Of a stretch of DNA of 64,000 bases, positions 31,021 to 40,344 are shown piece after piece. The notes beneath the pieces were generated by a model that was not told the DNA's origin, did not search any database, and saw nothing but the letters and a program-made list of their open reading frames with translations. Numbering within the stretch: the first letter of the stretch is position 1; every line of letters begins with the position of its first letter. Source of the stretch: an uncultured Gemmatimonadaceae bacterium (GTDB lineage Bacteria; Gemmatimonadota; Gemmatimonadetes; Gemmatimonadales; Gemmatimonadaceae). Location: assembly GCA_963790305.1 (NCBI GenBank), contig CAWBOC010000005.1, positions 544,001 through 608,000 of the forward strand, given 5' to 3'. Both the position numbers and the translations under genes were made by a program.

Positions 31021-31410
31021 ATGGCGGTGAGAATTCTCCTGGAGGTCGAGGGCGGGGCACTCACCGTCACCCTCCCGGATACGGCAGTAGCGCGGGATTT
31101 CGCCGCGCTACTGCCGCTCGATCTTTCGCTCGACGACTACGCGGCCACGGAAAAAATCGCGCACCTGCCGAGGAAGCTCACGACGGCCGGAGCGCCCCCG
31201 GGCACGGCCGCTGCGGCTGGCGACATCGCCTACTACGCCCCGTGGGGAAACTTGGCCCTGTTCTATCGAGATTCCGGCTACGCGGATGGACTCGTCAGGC
31301 TCGGCCGCCTGGATGACCGCGATGCTGTCGATGCGCTCCGCAGGCCAGGGCCGCTTCGCGCCAGGATCGAGCTGGTGCAGGCCCCACCAGAGCGGACAGA
31401 GGATACCTAA
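31021..31410 (+). CDS. Cyclophilin-like fold protein
   Basis: ARDFAALLPL, EKIAHLPRKL, GDIAYYAPWGNLALFY. Confidence 0.85.
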   Translation: MAVRILLEVEGGALTVTLPDTAVARDFAALLPLDLSLDDYAATEKIAHLPRKLTTAGAPPGTAAAAGDIAYYAPWGNLALFYRDSGYADGLVRLGRLDDRDAVDALRRPGPLRARIELVQAPPERTEDT

Positions 31411-31413
31411 CGC

Positions 31414-32124
31414 ATGTCAACGACCTCACAGCGACCGCGCGTCGTCTGCCACATGATGGCGTCGGTGGATGGACGCATCGTCACCGACGACTGGCCCCTC
31501 TCCGCCGCCGAGTTGCGACAGTACGAAGAGGTGCACGAGACGTATGGGGCGGACGCGTGGATCGTCGGCAGGGTGACGATGGAGCAGCATTTCGCGGCGG
31601 GGGCGCGCAGTCCGGCGGATATCGCGCAGCAGTACAGTGGTTCGCCGCGCGAAGACTTCATCGCACCTGGCGAGCACGAATCGTTCGCGATCGCGGTCGA
31701 TCCGAGCGGCCGTCTCGTGTGGGATTCGGGTGGGATCGACGGCGATCACATTGTCGCGATGCTGACCGAGCGCGTGTCGGACGACTACCTCGCCTCGCTC
31801 CGCCGGCGCGGCGTCTCATATCTCCTGGCGGGGCGAGACGAGCTGGATCTCGTGCTCGGTCTCGAGAAGATCGGTGCCCGGCTCGGGGTGCGTACGCTGA
31901 TGCTGGAGGGTGGCGGGGGGATCAATGGCTCCATCCTGCGCGCGGGCCTCGTGGATGAGTTGAGTCTTCTCGTAGCGCCGGTGGCGGACGGACGCGCAGG
32001 TAAGGCGACGCTCTTCGACGTAGACGGCGAGGGTTTTGCGCCGCGCCGACTTGCGCTCGAGTCCGTGGAACGGCGCGCGGACGGCATGCTCTGGCTGCGC
32101 TACAGGATCGAGCCGGGTCCGTAG
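31414..32124 (+). CDS. RibD C-terminal / DHFR-family reductase
   Basis: HMMASVDGRI, LMLEGGGGINGSILRAGLVDELSLLVAP. Confidence 0.9.
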   Translation: MSTTSQRPRVVCHMMASVDGRIVTDDWPLSAAELRQYEEVHETYGADAWIVGRVTMEQHFAAGARSPADIAQQYSGSPREDFIAPGEHESFAIAVDPSGRLVWDSGGIDGDHIVAMLTERVSDDYLASLRRRGVSYLLAGRDELDLVLGLEKIGARLGVRTLMLEGGGGINGSILRAGLVDELSLLVAPVADGRAGKATLFDVDGEGFAPRRLALESVERRADGMLWLRYRIEPGP

Positions 32125-32165
32125 TCGGTTGCCTACGGCGAACGCCACGCCGCTAGTTTGCCACG

Positions 32166-34331
32166 ATGCGAATCCAGTGGATCTACGTCCTTCTTCTCAC
32201 CGGCCTTCAGCTCGTCTCGCCACTTCAGGCGCAGCAACGAAGGACTGGGGTAGTCCAGGTCACCATCGAGGAGGCGATGGGAATGGTGAGCGGCCTGCTG
32301 GTCCGCTCAGGTACGGAAAGCACGCGCAGCGACGCGGAAGGAAAAGCACGCCTCGTCCTTCCGGCTGGTCGTCACATGCTCTCGGTCATGAGCATCGGCT
32401 TCAAACCGGCCCAGGTCGCGGTCACGGTTATTGCCGATAGCGTCGTGACGGTGACCGTCAGGGTCGAGATGGCCGAGATGGCGATGGAGGAGGTGAGGAT
32501 CAGCGCGACTCGAACGGGGCGGCTCGCCGGCGAGACGCCGGTCCGCGTCGAAGTCCTCGATGAGATGGAAGTGGACGAGAACACGTTGATGGCGCCGAGC
32601 GGCATCACAATGCTCCTCAACGAGACCCCGGGCCTTCGCGTCCACGCGGCATCGCCTACGCTCGGCACGGGCAGCGTCCGGATTCTCGGACTGCCCGGCC
32701 AATACACCGCGTTGTTGGCAGATGGCCTGCCGCTCTACGGTGGGGGCACCAGCGCGCTCGGACCGCTCGACATCTCGCCCGTCGATCTCCAGCGCGTGGA
32801 GATCATCAAGGGCGCCGCGTCGTCGCTCTATGGTGGCCAGGCTCTCGGTGGCGTCATCAACTTCATTTCAAAGCAGCCGTCGGGGAGGAGCGAAGTGCTG
32901 CTCAACCGCCGCACGATGGGCGTGACGGACGCCGCCGCGTGGCTGAGTCATCGCAGGGAATCCGGAACCGGCGTCTCACTCCTGACGTCCGGCACCGAGC
33001 AGAGCGCGTATGACGTTGATAGCGACGGCTGGGCAGATCAGCCGCGAGCGCAGCGATTCGGAGTACGTCCCCGACTGAACGCGTTCGACACACGGGGCCG
33101 TTCGCTATTCGTGACGGCAGGCTATGGATACGACAGCCGAAAAGGCGGCACACTCGGCGACGCGCTCACGCCCGCGGGGACGGCATTTCGAGAAGCCCTA
33201 ACGAGCCGGCGGGCCGACCTGGGCGCAACAGCCAACGTTCCGCTCCGCGATTCCGGAAGCGTGGCCGTCCGCTTCGCGGTCTCCACCTCATCGCGACGAC
33301 GTGAGTTTGGCATTGGACCACTCGAGGAAGAGCATACCGCAACTGGCTTCCTGGAGCTCACGCGATTGATCACGACGTCGCGAGGCACCACCGTCATTGG
33401 ATCGGCGGTGCAGCTCGATGATTTCGAGAACTCGCTGAACGAGGCATACGATCATCGCTGGGTTACGCCAAGTCTCTTCGCGACGACCCAGCGCAACGTC
33501 GGACCATTGACGCTCTCGGCTAGCGTGCGCGGCGACGTCCATCCCGAAGCGGGCTTTCAGGTGACCGAGCGCCTCGCTGCGCTGGCGAAACCAGTCGAAG
33601 GATGGTCTGTGCGACTGAGCGCCGGGACCGGGTTCGCGGCACCGGCCGCCACAATCGAAGAGACCGAAGCGATCGGGCTGCGTGCCGTTCGCCCCGGCGC
33701 TCAGCTGAAGCGCGAGCGAAGTCTCGGTACGATGCTCGACGTCAATGGCGAGGTTGCCGGCGCGGAGCTCCTGGTCACTGCCTACGGATCATACATCCGG
33801 GACGCCATACAGCTCGCGGATGGGATGGATGGCACCGGTGAAGGAATCCTGAAGAACGCGAGCGAGCATGTGCGCATCGCCGGCGTCGAAGGCGCGGCGA
33901 TCTGGCGATTCGAGGGTGGCAAGTTCCTCGCAACCTATGGCTACACGCACGGCACTCGTCCCGATGCCATGACCGGCGTGCGCGAGCCAATTCCCCTGCT
34001 CCCGCGTCATCGCGTCGGCGGCGATCTCATGTTCGAGAAGGAGAAGGACTATCGGGTCGGTATAGAAGGAATTTTCTACGGGGTACAATCCCTCGATGAC
34101 AACCCCTTCCGGAGCGAGTCGAAACCGTACGTCTATGTAATGGCCATTGCGATGAAGCAGTTCGGGGGACTCGAGGTGGTCGCGAACTTCGAGAATCTCC
34201 TGAACGTGCGGCAGACCGACACGGATCCGCTCGTTCGCCCGACGCCCCACACTGGGGGGCGGTGGACGACCGACGTTTGGGCGCCGTTGGAAGGCTTCAT
34301 GGCAAACGTCGCGGTTCGGTATCGCTGGTAA
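32166..34331 (+). CDS. TonB-dependent receptor
   Basis: Signal peptide; plug LQRVEIIKGAASSLYGGQALGGVINFISK; ENLLN; C-terminal aromatic VRYRW. Confidence 0.92.
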   Translation: MRIQWIYVLLLTGLQLVSPLQAQQRRTGVVQVTIEEAMGMVSGLLVRSGTESTRSDAEGKARLVLPAGRHMLSVMSIGFKPAQVAVTVIADSVVTVTVRVEMAEMAMEEVRISATRTGRLAGETPVRVEVLDEMEVDENTLMAPSGITMLLNETPGLRVHAASPTLGTGSVRILGLPGQYTALLADGLPLYGGGTSALGPLDISPVDLQRVEIIKGAASSLYGGQALGGVINFISKQPSGRSEVLLNRRTMGVTDAAAWLSHRRESGTGVSLLTSGTEQSAYDVDSDGWADQPRAQRFGVRPRLNAFDTRGRSLFVTAGYGYDSRKGGTLGDALTPAGTAFREALTSRRADLGATANVPLRDSGSVAVRFAVSTSSRRREFGIGPLEEEHTATGFLELTRLITTSRGTTVIGSAVQLDDFENSLNEAYDHRWVTPSLFATTQRNVGPLTLSASVRGDVHPEAGFQVTERLAALAKPVEGWSVRLSAGTGFAAPAATIEETEAIGLRAVRPGAQLKRERSLGTMLDVNGEVAGAELLVTAYGSYIRDAIQLADGMDGTGEGILKNASEHVRIAGVEGAAIWRFEGGKFLATYGYTHGTRPDAMTGVREPIPLLPRHRVGGDLMFEKEKDYRVGIEGIFYGVQSLDDNPFRSESKPYVYVMAIAMKQFGGLEVVANFENLLNVRQTDTDPLVRPTPHTGGRWTTDVWAPLEGFMANVAVRYRW

Positions 34332-34344
34332 ACCACCGGGCCCC

Positions 34345-34533
34345 ATGAGGCGTCAGAGGAACGAGGCCGCGCAACGCCTGTTCGCTCGAGCGGGATTCCG
34401 AGCAACGGTGGTCGTGATGACACGCGAGTCAAGGGAAGCGGGTCTTGACGTCGCGACCGTGTTAGGTAGTCGAGAAGAGCCTTCCCCAGGCGAACCCCCT
34501 GAGCATATTGTCTGGCGGGATGCGCACAAGTGA
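34345..34533 (+). pseudogene. Possible C-terminal remnant of a GNAT acetyltransferase
   Basis: NEAAQRLFARAGFR matches the GNAT N-x-x-A-x-x-L-(F/Y)-x3-GF motif; the rest of the domain is absent. Confidence 0.45.
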
Positions 34534-36151
34534 GCCCTATGTTGGCGGGGCAGCCGAGCTGTTCGCCGGTCCAGGCGAGATGGCTGCCCGCTGCCGCGCG
34601 TTCGATTGGTCGTCGACGCCACTCGGTCCGGTCGAGCAGTGGCCGCAGAGCCTGCGTACCATGGCTGCCGCGGTGCTCGCGTCGAGAAACCCCATGCTGC
34701 TCTTCTGGGGACCCGAGCTGGTCCAGATCTATAACGACGCCTTTCGCCCCAGTCTGGGGAGATCTGACGGAGTAGCGGCCCGGCATCCGCGCGCTCTGGG
34801 CATGAGGGCGGCCGACTTCTGGAGTGACGTCTGGGCCGTTGTCGGACCGCAGATCGAGGGCGTCATGACGCGCGGCGAGGCGGTCTGGTTCGAGAACCTC
34901 CACCTCCCCATCGAGCGTGATGGCAAGCTCGACGACGCGTGGTGGACGTACAGCTATAGCCCTGTCCGGGATGATGATGGGCGCATCGGCGGCACGCTCG
35001 TCGTGTGTCTCGAGACCACCGCCGCGGTGCGCGCACATACGGAGCTCGAGGCCGAGCGCGCTCGATCGGCCGGCATCCTCGAGGCCATGGCGGACGCGCA
35101 TCTTGCACTGGACAGGGACTTCCGCATTGTCAGCGTCAACGAAACGATGGTGCGCAACGTCAACCTCCCGCGCGCGGCAATGCTCGGCCGCTCCGTCTGG
35201 GAGGTCTTCCCCGGGCTCCTCGGGTCGCCCTTTGAGCAGGCGTACCGGCGCGCCGCCACCGAGCGACAGGAATCGCACCTCACGCATCCCTACGGCGACC
35301 GACGTCTCGATCTGGTGGCCGAGGTGGACGCGTATCCGACACCCGAGGGAGGGGTCGCCATCTTCTGGCGCGACATCACGGAACGCCAGCGGGCCACCGC
35401 CGAGCGCGAGCGCGCTCGTGCGGAGGCGGAGGCTGCGCGCGCCGAGGCGGAAGCGGCGAACCGAGCGAAGGCCACCTTCCTGGCGATGATGAGTCACGAG
35501 CTGCGGACGCCACTCAACGCCATCGGCGGCTACGCGCAGCTCATGCTCGCCGGCATACCGATCCAGCTTACGGAGGGGCAGCAGAATTATCTCGAGCGCA
35601 TCGTGAAGAGTCAGCAGCACCTCCTCGGCCTCATCGATGCCGTGCTCACCCACGCCAAGCTGGAATCGGGGAAGGAGACCTACCGCCTCAGCGAGGTCAC
35701 TGCGCGTGAGGTGCTCGAGGTCGTCGATCCGCTCACGGCGCCGCAGCGCGCCGCGAAGCGCCTGCAGTACGACGCCAGCCAGTGCGACCTTACGCTCGTG
35801 TTTCATGCAGACAGAGAGAAGGTCGTGCAGATTCTTCTCAACGTGCTCTCGAATGCGGCGAAGTTCACCCCGGCTGGCGGCCAGATCATCGTCACCACCG
35901 ACGTCCCATCGCCCGGAGTTGGTGCCGTGGCCATCCGCGACACGGGCATCGGGATGACCGCTGCTCAGCTCGAGCGCGTTTTCGAGCCGTTCGTCCAGTT
36001 CGACAGCCCACTCGCGCGCGAGAACAAGGGAGTCGGGCTCGGGATGCCGATCAGTCGCGAGCTGGCGCGCGGGATGGGAGGCGATCTTCTCGTGGCAAGC
36101 GAGCCGGGCGCCGGGTCCACCTTCACGCTGCTGCTTCCGCTGCGCCGTTAG
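34520..36151 (+). CDS. Cytoplasmic PAS-domain sensor histidine kinase
   Basis: FDWSSTPLGP PAS-like N-terminus; MSHELRTPL, NVLSNAAKFT, DTGIG, GVGLG. Confidence 0.95.
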   Translation: MRTSEPYVGGAAELFAGPGEMAARCRAFDWSSTPLGPVEQWPQSLRTMAAAVLASRNPMLLFWGPELVQIYNDAFRPSLGRSDGVAARHPRALGMRAADFWSDVWAVVGPQIEGVMTRGEAVWFENLHLPIERDGKLDDAWWTYSYSPVRDDDGRIGGTLVVCLETTAAVRAHTELEAERARSAGILEAMADAHLALDRDFRIVSVNETMVRNVNLPRAAMLGRSVWEVFPGLLGSPFEQAYRRAATERQESHLTHPYGDRRLDLVAEVDAYPTPEGGVAIFWRDITERQRATAERERARAEAEAARAEAEAANRAKATFLAMMSHELRTPLNAIGGYAQLMLAGIPIQLTEGQQNYLERIVKSQQHLLGLIDAVLTHAKLESGKETYRLSEVTAREVLEVVDPLTAPQRAAKRLQYDASQCDLTLVFHADREKVVQILLNVLSNAAKFTPAGGQIIVTTDVPSPGVGAVAIRDTGIGMTAAQLERVFEPFVQFDSPLARENKGVGLGMPISRELARGMGGDLLVASEPGAGSTFTLLLPLRR

Positions 36152-36180
36152 GCATCGGCGACACCAACTCCTCGGACACC

Positions 36181-39100
36181 ATGGCCACCCCGACTCGGAT
36201 GCTCCGACCCCTCGCTCTCTCCCTGCTCCTTCTCACGGTGGCCGGCATCGGCGCGGCACAGCAACCGCAGCCCCGCGTCCTCGTCTTCTCCAGGACCACC
36301 GGCTTCCGACACAGCTCGATCGAGACCGGGATTGCCGCAGTGCAGAAGCTCGGGCGGGAGAATGGCTTCGCCGTCGAGGCGACCGAGGACGCGGCCGTAT
36401 TCTCCGAGCGCAGCCTGAGACGATTCCGTGCTGTCGTCTTTCTCAATACCACTGGCGACATCCTGAACGCGACACAGCAGGATGCGTTCGAGCGCTACAT
36501 CCAGGCGGGCGGTGGCTGGGTCGGCATCCATTCCGCGGCCGACACCGAGTACGAGTGGCCGTGGTACGGGCGACTTGCCGGCGCGTACTTCGAGAGCCAC
36601 CCCAACGATCCCAACGTCCGGAAAGGCACGTTCCGCGTGCTGGACAAAACCCATCCGTCGACCGAGGGGTTTCCGGACCGCTGGGAGCGCGAGGACGAGT
36701 TCTACAACTTCAAGTCCATCGACCGCGACATCCGGGTGCTCGTCGACATCGACGAGACGAGCTACGAAGGCGGCACCAACGGCTCCCGCCACCCGATGAG
36801 CTGGTATCACCCGTACGACGGTGGCCGCGCGTTCTACACGAACATGGGCCACACCGAGGCGACGTTCTCAGAGCCGCTGTTCCTCCGTCACCTCCTCGGC
36901 GGACTGCGCTACGCGATAGGAACGGATTCGTTGAACTACGGACGGGTGCGTCCGGAGGAGAATCGATTCACGAAGGTCGTGCTCGCCGACAAGCTGAACG
37001 AGCCGGTGGAGCTCGCGGTTCTGCCTGACGAGCGAGTGCTCTTCATCGAGCGCAGAGGTCCCGTCAACCTCTACCGCCCGGCGACGGGACAGTACACGAA
37101 GCTCGCGACGATTCCCGTCAGCAACAAATACACGAAGGGCCAGGACGGAGAGGACGGGCTGCTCGGGCTCGCCGCCGACCCGAACTTCGCCAGCAATGGC
37201 TGGATCTACCTCTACTACTCGCCTGTCGGGCCGGAGCCGAAGAACGTGCTCGCTCGCTACACGATGAAAGGCGATTCGCTCGATCTCGCTTCAGCCGTGA
37301 TCGTTCTGGAGGTCCCCGTTCAACGCGACGAGTGCTGCCACACGGGCGGCTCGATCGCGTTCGACCGCCAGGGCAACCTCTACCTCTCCACGGGCGACAA
37401 CACCAACCCGTTCGCGACCGGCTACGCCCCGATCGACGAGCGCCCCAACCGTTCGCCGTGGGACGCGCAGAAGTCGTCCGCGAACACGAACGACCTGCGG
37501 GGCAAGATCCTTCGCATTCATCCCGAGCCTAACGGGACGTACACGATCCCGGAGGGAAACCTCTTTCCGAGGGGGACGCCGCAGACCCGGCCGGAGATCT
37601 ACACCATGGGTCACCGAAACCCGTACCGCATCGCCGTCGACACGCGGACCGGGTTCGTCTACTGGGGCGACGTCGGTCCCGACGCGGGCGCGGATTCGGC
37701 GGGGCGTGGGCCGGCCGGTCACGACGAGATCGGGCAGGCGCGGCGCGCCGGGAACTTCGGGTGGCCGCATTTCGTGGCCGACAACAAGGCGTATTTCGAC
37801 GTGGACTTCGGCACGATGACGGCCGGTCCCAGGTTCGATCCCGCGCGCCCCATGAACACCTCGCCGAACAACACCGGCCGAACCGAGCTGCCCCCAGCGC
37901 AGAGAGCATTCATCTGGTACCCGTACGGCCCGTCGGCGGAATTTCCGCTCGTTGGCAACGGCGGTCGCACCGCCATGGCCGGTCCGGTCCTTCACCGCGC
38001 CGATTTCCCGAACGCGGAGCGACCCTTTCCTGCGTATTACGATGGCAAGCTCTTCATTTACGAGTGGATGCGTGGATGGGTCATCGCCGTCACCATGGAC
38101 GAGCAGGGGAATCTCGTCTCCATGGAGCGCTTCATGGCGAGCCACAAGTTCAGCAACCCGATGGACATGGAGTTCGGGCCCAACGGCGACCTGTACGTCC
38201 TCGAGTACGGCACCGCGTGGTTCCAGGGCAACGACGACGCCCGGCTCGTCCGCATCGAGTACAACGGCGGCAATCGCAAGCCGATCGTCGCGGTTGGCGT
38301 CGACAAGCCGGCTGGAGCGACACCCCTAACGGTCGCACTGTCGTCCGTCGGCACCACCGATCTCGACGACGACGAGCTCCGATACGAGTGGAAGATTTCG
38401 CGCGCCAACGGGACCGCCGTCCGGACGCTCACCAGTCCCAACCCGACGTTCACCTTCGCGACGCCGGGCGTGTACACCGCGTCGCTCGTCGTCACCGACG
38501 CGCAGGGGGCGCGCGATTCGGCAAAGACGCAGATCGCCGCCGGGAACGAGCCGCCGAGGGTGGACATCGATCTGCTCGGAAGCAACCGGACGTTCTTCTT
38601 CCCCCGTGTCCCTGTCCGCTACGCTGTGCGCGTAACCGACCGCGAGGATGGCTCGCTCCAAAACGCGCGGATTCCCGCGAGCCGCGTGGTCGTGACGGCG
38701 GCGTACCACACGCAGGGACTCGTGCAAAGCCAAGGCGGACAACAGGTGGCCGTCGTGCCAGCGTCGCACGAGGCGGGCAGGCGCCTGATCGAGGGCGGTA
38801 CCTGTCTCTCGTGCCACCAGGTGGCCAAGGCGTCGGTCGGCCCCTCGTACACCGCCGTGGCGCGCCGGTATCGCGGTGACACCAGCGCGAGGGCGCGGCT
38901 CGTCCGGAAGATCCGCGCTGGAGGGTCGGGCGTGTGGGGCCAGACGATGATGCCGGCACATCCGCAGCTCACCGAGGCGCAAGCCTCGGCGATGGTGGCG
39001 TACATCCTCAGCCTGGCCCAGCCCCGCCCGCCATCGCTTCCCGTGCGCGGTTCGTACGTGCCCGCCGCACGGACCGACACGTCGCCACAAGGCGTCGTCG

Positions 39101-39603
39101 TATTGCGAGCCGCATACAGCGATCGAGGTGCGAACGGCATTCGCAGCGCTTCGGCGGAGAACGCGGTTGTGCTCCGCTCGCCGGTGGTCGTCGTTGCCCG
39201 CGGCGAGGTAGCGGATGGCGTGCAGAAGTACGCAGGACCGGAGGTACCGGTCGAGGTGACGATTGGCGCCCGATCCGGCGCCTTCGTCGGGTTCAAGCAA
39301 CTCGATCTCACCGGGCTGTCGGCCATCGTCTTCTCGGCCTCGGCGCCCGTGCCTAACGTCAACAGCACGGGCGGCAGGGTCGAGGTTCGGCTGGACTCGG
39401 TGACGGGCGTTCTGGTGGGCCAGACCGAGCTCATCCAGCCGCAGCCCGCGATGGTGGCGCCTTTGGAATTGCGCGCAGCGCTCAGGCCCACGACGGGGCT
39501 GCACGATGTCTATTTCGTCTTTCGAAACGAGAGCGCCAAGGAAGGCCAGAACCTCTTCGTGCTGTTCACGGCTGCCTTCGTGAGAGGCACCGGCTCGCGC
39601 TAG
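36181..39603 (+). CDS. Exported multidomain protein: ThuA-like + PQQ/sugar dehydrogenase propeller + PKD + cytochrome c + CBM6-like
   Basis: VLVFSRTTGFRHSSI (ThuA); CCHTGG, LRGKILRI, GHRNPYR (GSDH); GVYTASLVVTD (PKD); CLSCH..GP..MPAH (cyt c); GLHDVYFVF (CBM6). Confidence 0.88.
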   Translation: MATPTRMLRPLALSLLLLTVAGIGAAQQPQPRVLVFSRTTGFRHSSIETGIAAVQKLGRENGFAVEATEDAAVFSERSLRRFRAVVFLNTTGDILNATQQDAFERYIQAGGGWVGIHSAADTEYEWPWYGRLAGAYFESHPNDPNVRKGTFRVLDKTHPSTEGFPDRWEREDEFYNFKSIDRDIRVLVDIDETSYEGGTNGSRHPMSWYHPYDGGRAFYTNMGHTEATFSEPLFLRHLLGGLRYAIGTDSLNYGRVRPEENRFTKVVLADKLNEPVELAVLPDERVLFIERRGPVNLYRPATGQYTKLATIPVSNKYTKGQDGEDGLLGLAADPNFASNGWIYLYYSPVGPEPKNVLARYTMKGDSLDLASAVIVLEVPVQRDECCHTGGSIAFDRQGNLYLSTGDNTNPFATGYAPIDERPNRSPWDAQKSSANTNDLRGKILRIHPEPNGTYTIPEGNLFPRGTPQTRPEIYTMGHRNPYRIAVDTRTGFVYWGDVGPDAGADSAGRGPAGHDEIGQARRAGNFGWPHFVADNKAYFDVDFGTMTAGPRFDPARPMNTSPNNTGRTELPPAQRAFIWYPYGPSAEFPLVGNGGRTAMAGPVLHRADFPNAERPFPAYYDGKLFIYEWMRGWVIAVTMDEQGNLVSMERFMASHKFSNPMDMEFGPNGDLYVLEYGTAWFQGNDDARLVRIEYNGGNRKPIVAVGVDKPAGATPLTVALSSVGTTDLDDDELRYEWKISRANGTAVRTLTSPNPTFTFATPGVYTASLVVTDAQGARDSAKTQIAAGNEPPRVDIDLLGSNRTFFFPRVPVRYAVRVTDREDGSLQNARIPASRVVVTAAYHTQGLVQSQGGQQVAVVPASHEAGRRLIEGGTCLSCHQVAKASVGPSYTAVARRYRGDTSARARLVRKIRAGGSGVWGQTMMPAHPQLTEAQASAMVAYILSLAQPRPPSLPVRGSYVPAARTDTSPQGVVVLRAAYSDRGANGIRSASAENAVVLRSPVVVVARGEVADGVQKYAGPEVPVEVTIGARSGAFVGFKQLDLTGLSAIVFSASAPVPNVNSTGGRVEVRLDSVTGVLVGQTELIQPQPAMVAPLELRAALRPTTGLHDVYFVFRNESAKEGQNLFVLFTAAFVRGTGSR

Positions 39604-40257
39604 TTCGTCGCGCGATCCGCGCGAGCGGGTGCGGGGCTTGACGAGGATTCCCGTCCGGAGCCGCTCGAACGAATAGCGCATCAGCTCACTGACGGCAGCC
39701 GGTTCCGGCAGCTGGCCATCGATGGCGAGCATGGCAATGCCGTGCACGAGCGCCCAGTTGTATGTGGCCATCAGCAGGGCGTCATCCCCAAAGAGCACCC
39801 TGTCGTGCTGCAACGAGGCGACGGCGTCCACGAGCGCCTGGAAGGCGCCTCGCGCTTCGACGGCGAGCTCGGGCTCCTTTGCTTGCGGGTCGACGAACCC
39901 GCCGAACATCACGCGATAGTGCGACGGATTGTCGACGGCGAACCGAACGTAGGCAACGCCCATGGCATGGAACGCCCCGTCGTTCCGCCCGCCTTCCTCC
40001 CACGCGGCAACAAGCTGCCGTCGTAATGTGCTGAAGCCTTCGGTGGCGACGGCCGCCAGCAACGCGCGCTTGTCGGTGAAGTGTCGATAGAGCGCTGTAC
40101 GCGACACCCCCAACCGAGCGCCAATGTCGCGTAGCGTGACGCCATCGACGCCCTCGGCGCGGATGGTGGCGAGCGCCTCATCGAGGAGCGCCCGGCGCAG
40201 GTTGCCATGATGGTAGGAGCGGCGCGGCTTGCCCACCGGGCGCGTCGGTCGAGGCAT
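39600..40257 (-). CDS. TetR family regulator (WHG-type C-domain); true stop probably TAG at 39600-39602 after a +1 indel
   Basis: YHHGNLRRALL..LGVSRTALYRHF..YRVMF..WALVHG; as written it reads through to 38326. Confidence 0.85.
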
Positions 40258-40281
40258 GTGACCTCTATCTTACATGCAGGG

Positions 40282-40334
40282 TGTTGACATTGTCAACATG
40301 GCATCCTAGTCTATGTTGACATTGGCAACATAGA
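40282..40334. promoter_or_regulatory. Two palindromic TetR-type operators overlapping a sigma70 promoter
   Basis: TGTTGACA-T-TGTCAACA (40282-40298) and TCTATGTTGACA-T-TGGCAACATAGA (40310-40334); TTGACA 40284 - 17 nt - TAGTCT 40307. Confidence 0.8.
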
Positions 40335-40344
40335 GAGGACGGCC

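Noticed and set aside
32271..32600. Met-rich N-terminus of the TonB-dependent receptor as a copper-binding motif
   Set aside because: Only scattered Met residues, and no copper-homeostasis genes adjacent.
34133..35806. 557-aa minus-strand ORF and similar long antisense ORFs (44420-45778, 48635-49996, 61575-63056)
   Set aside because: Typical stop-poor antisense frames of GC-rich genes with clear functions on the other strand.
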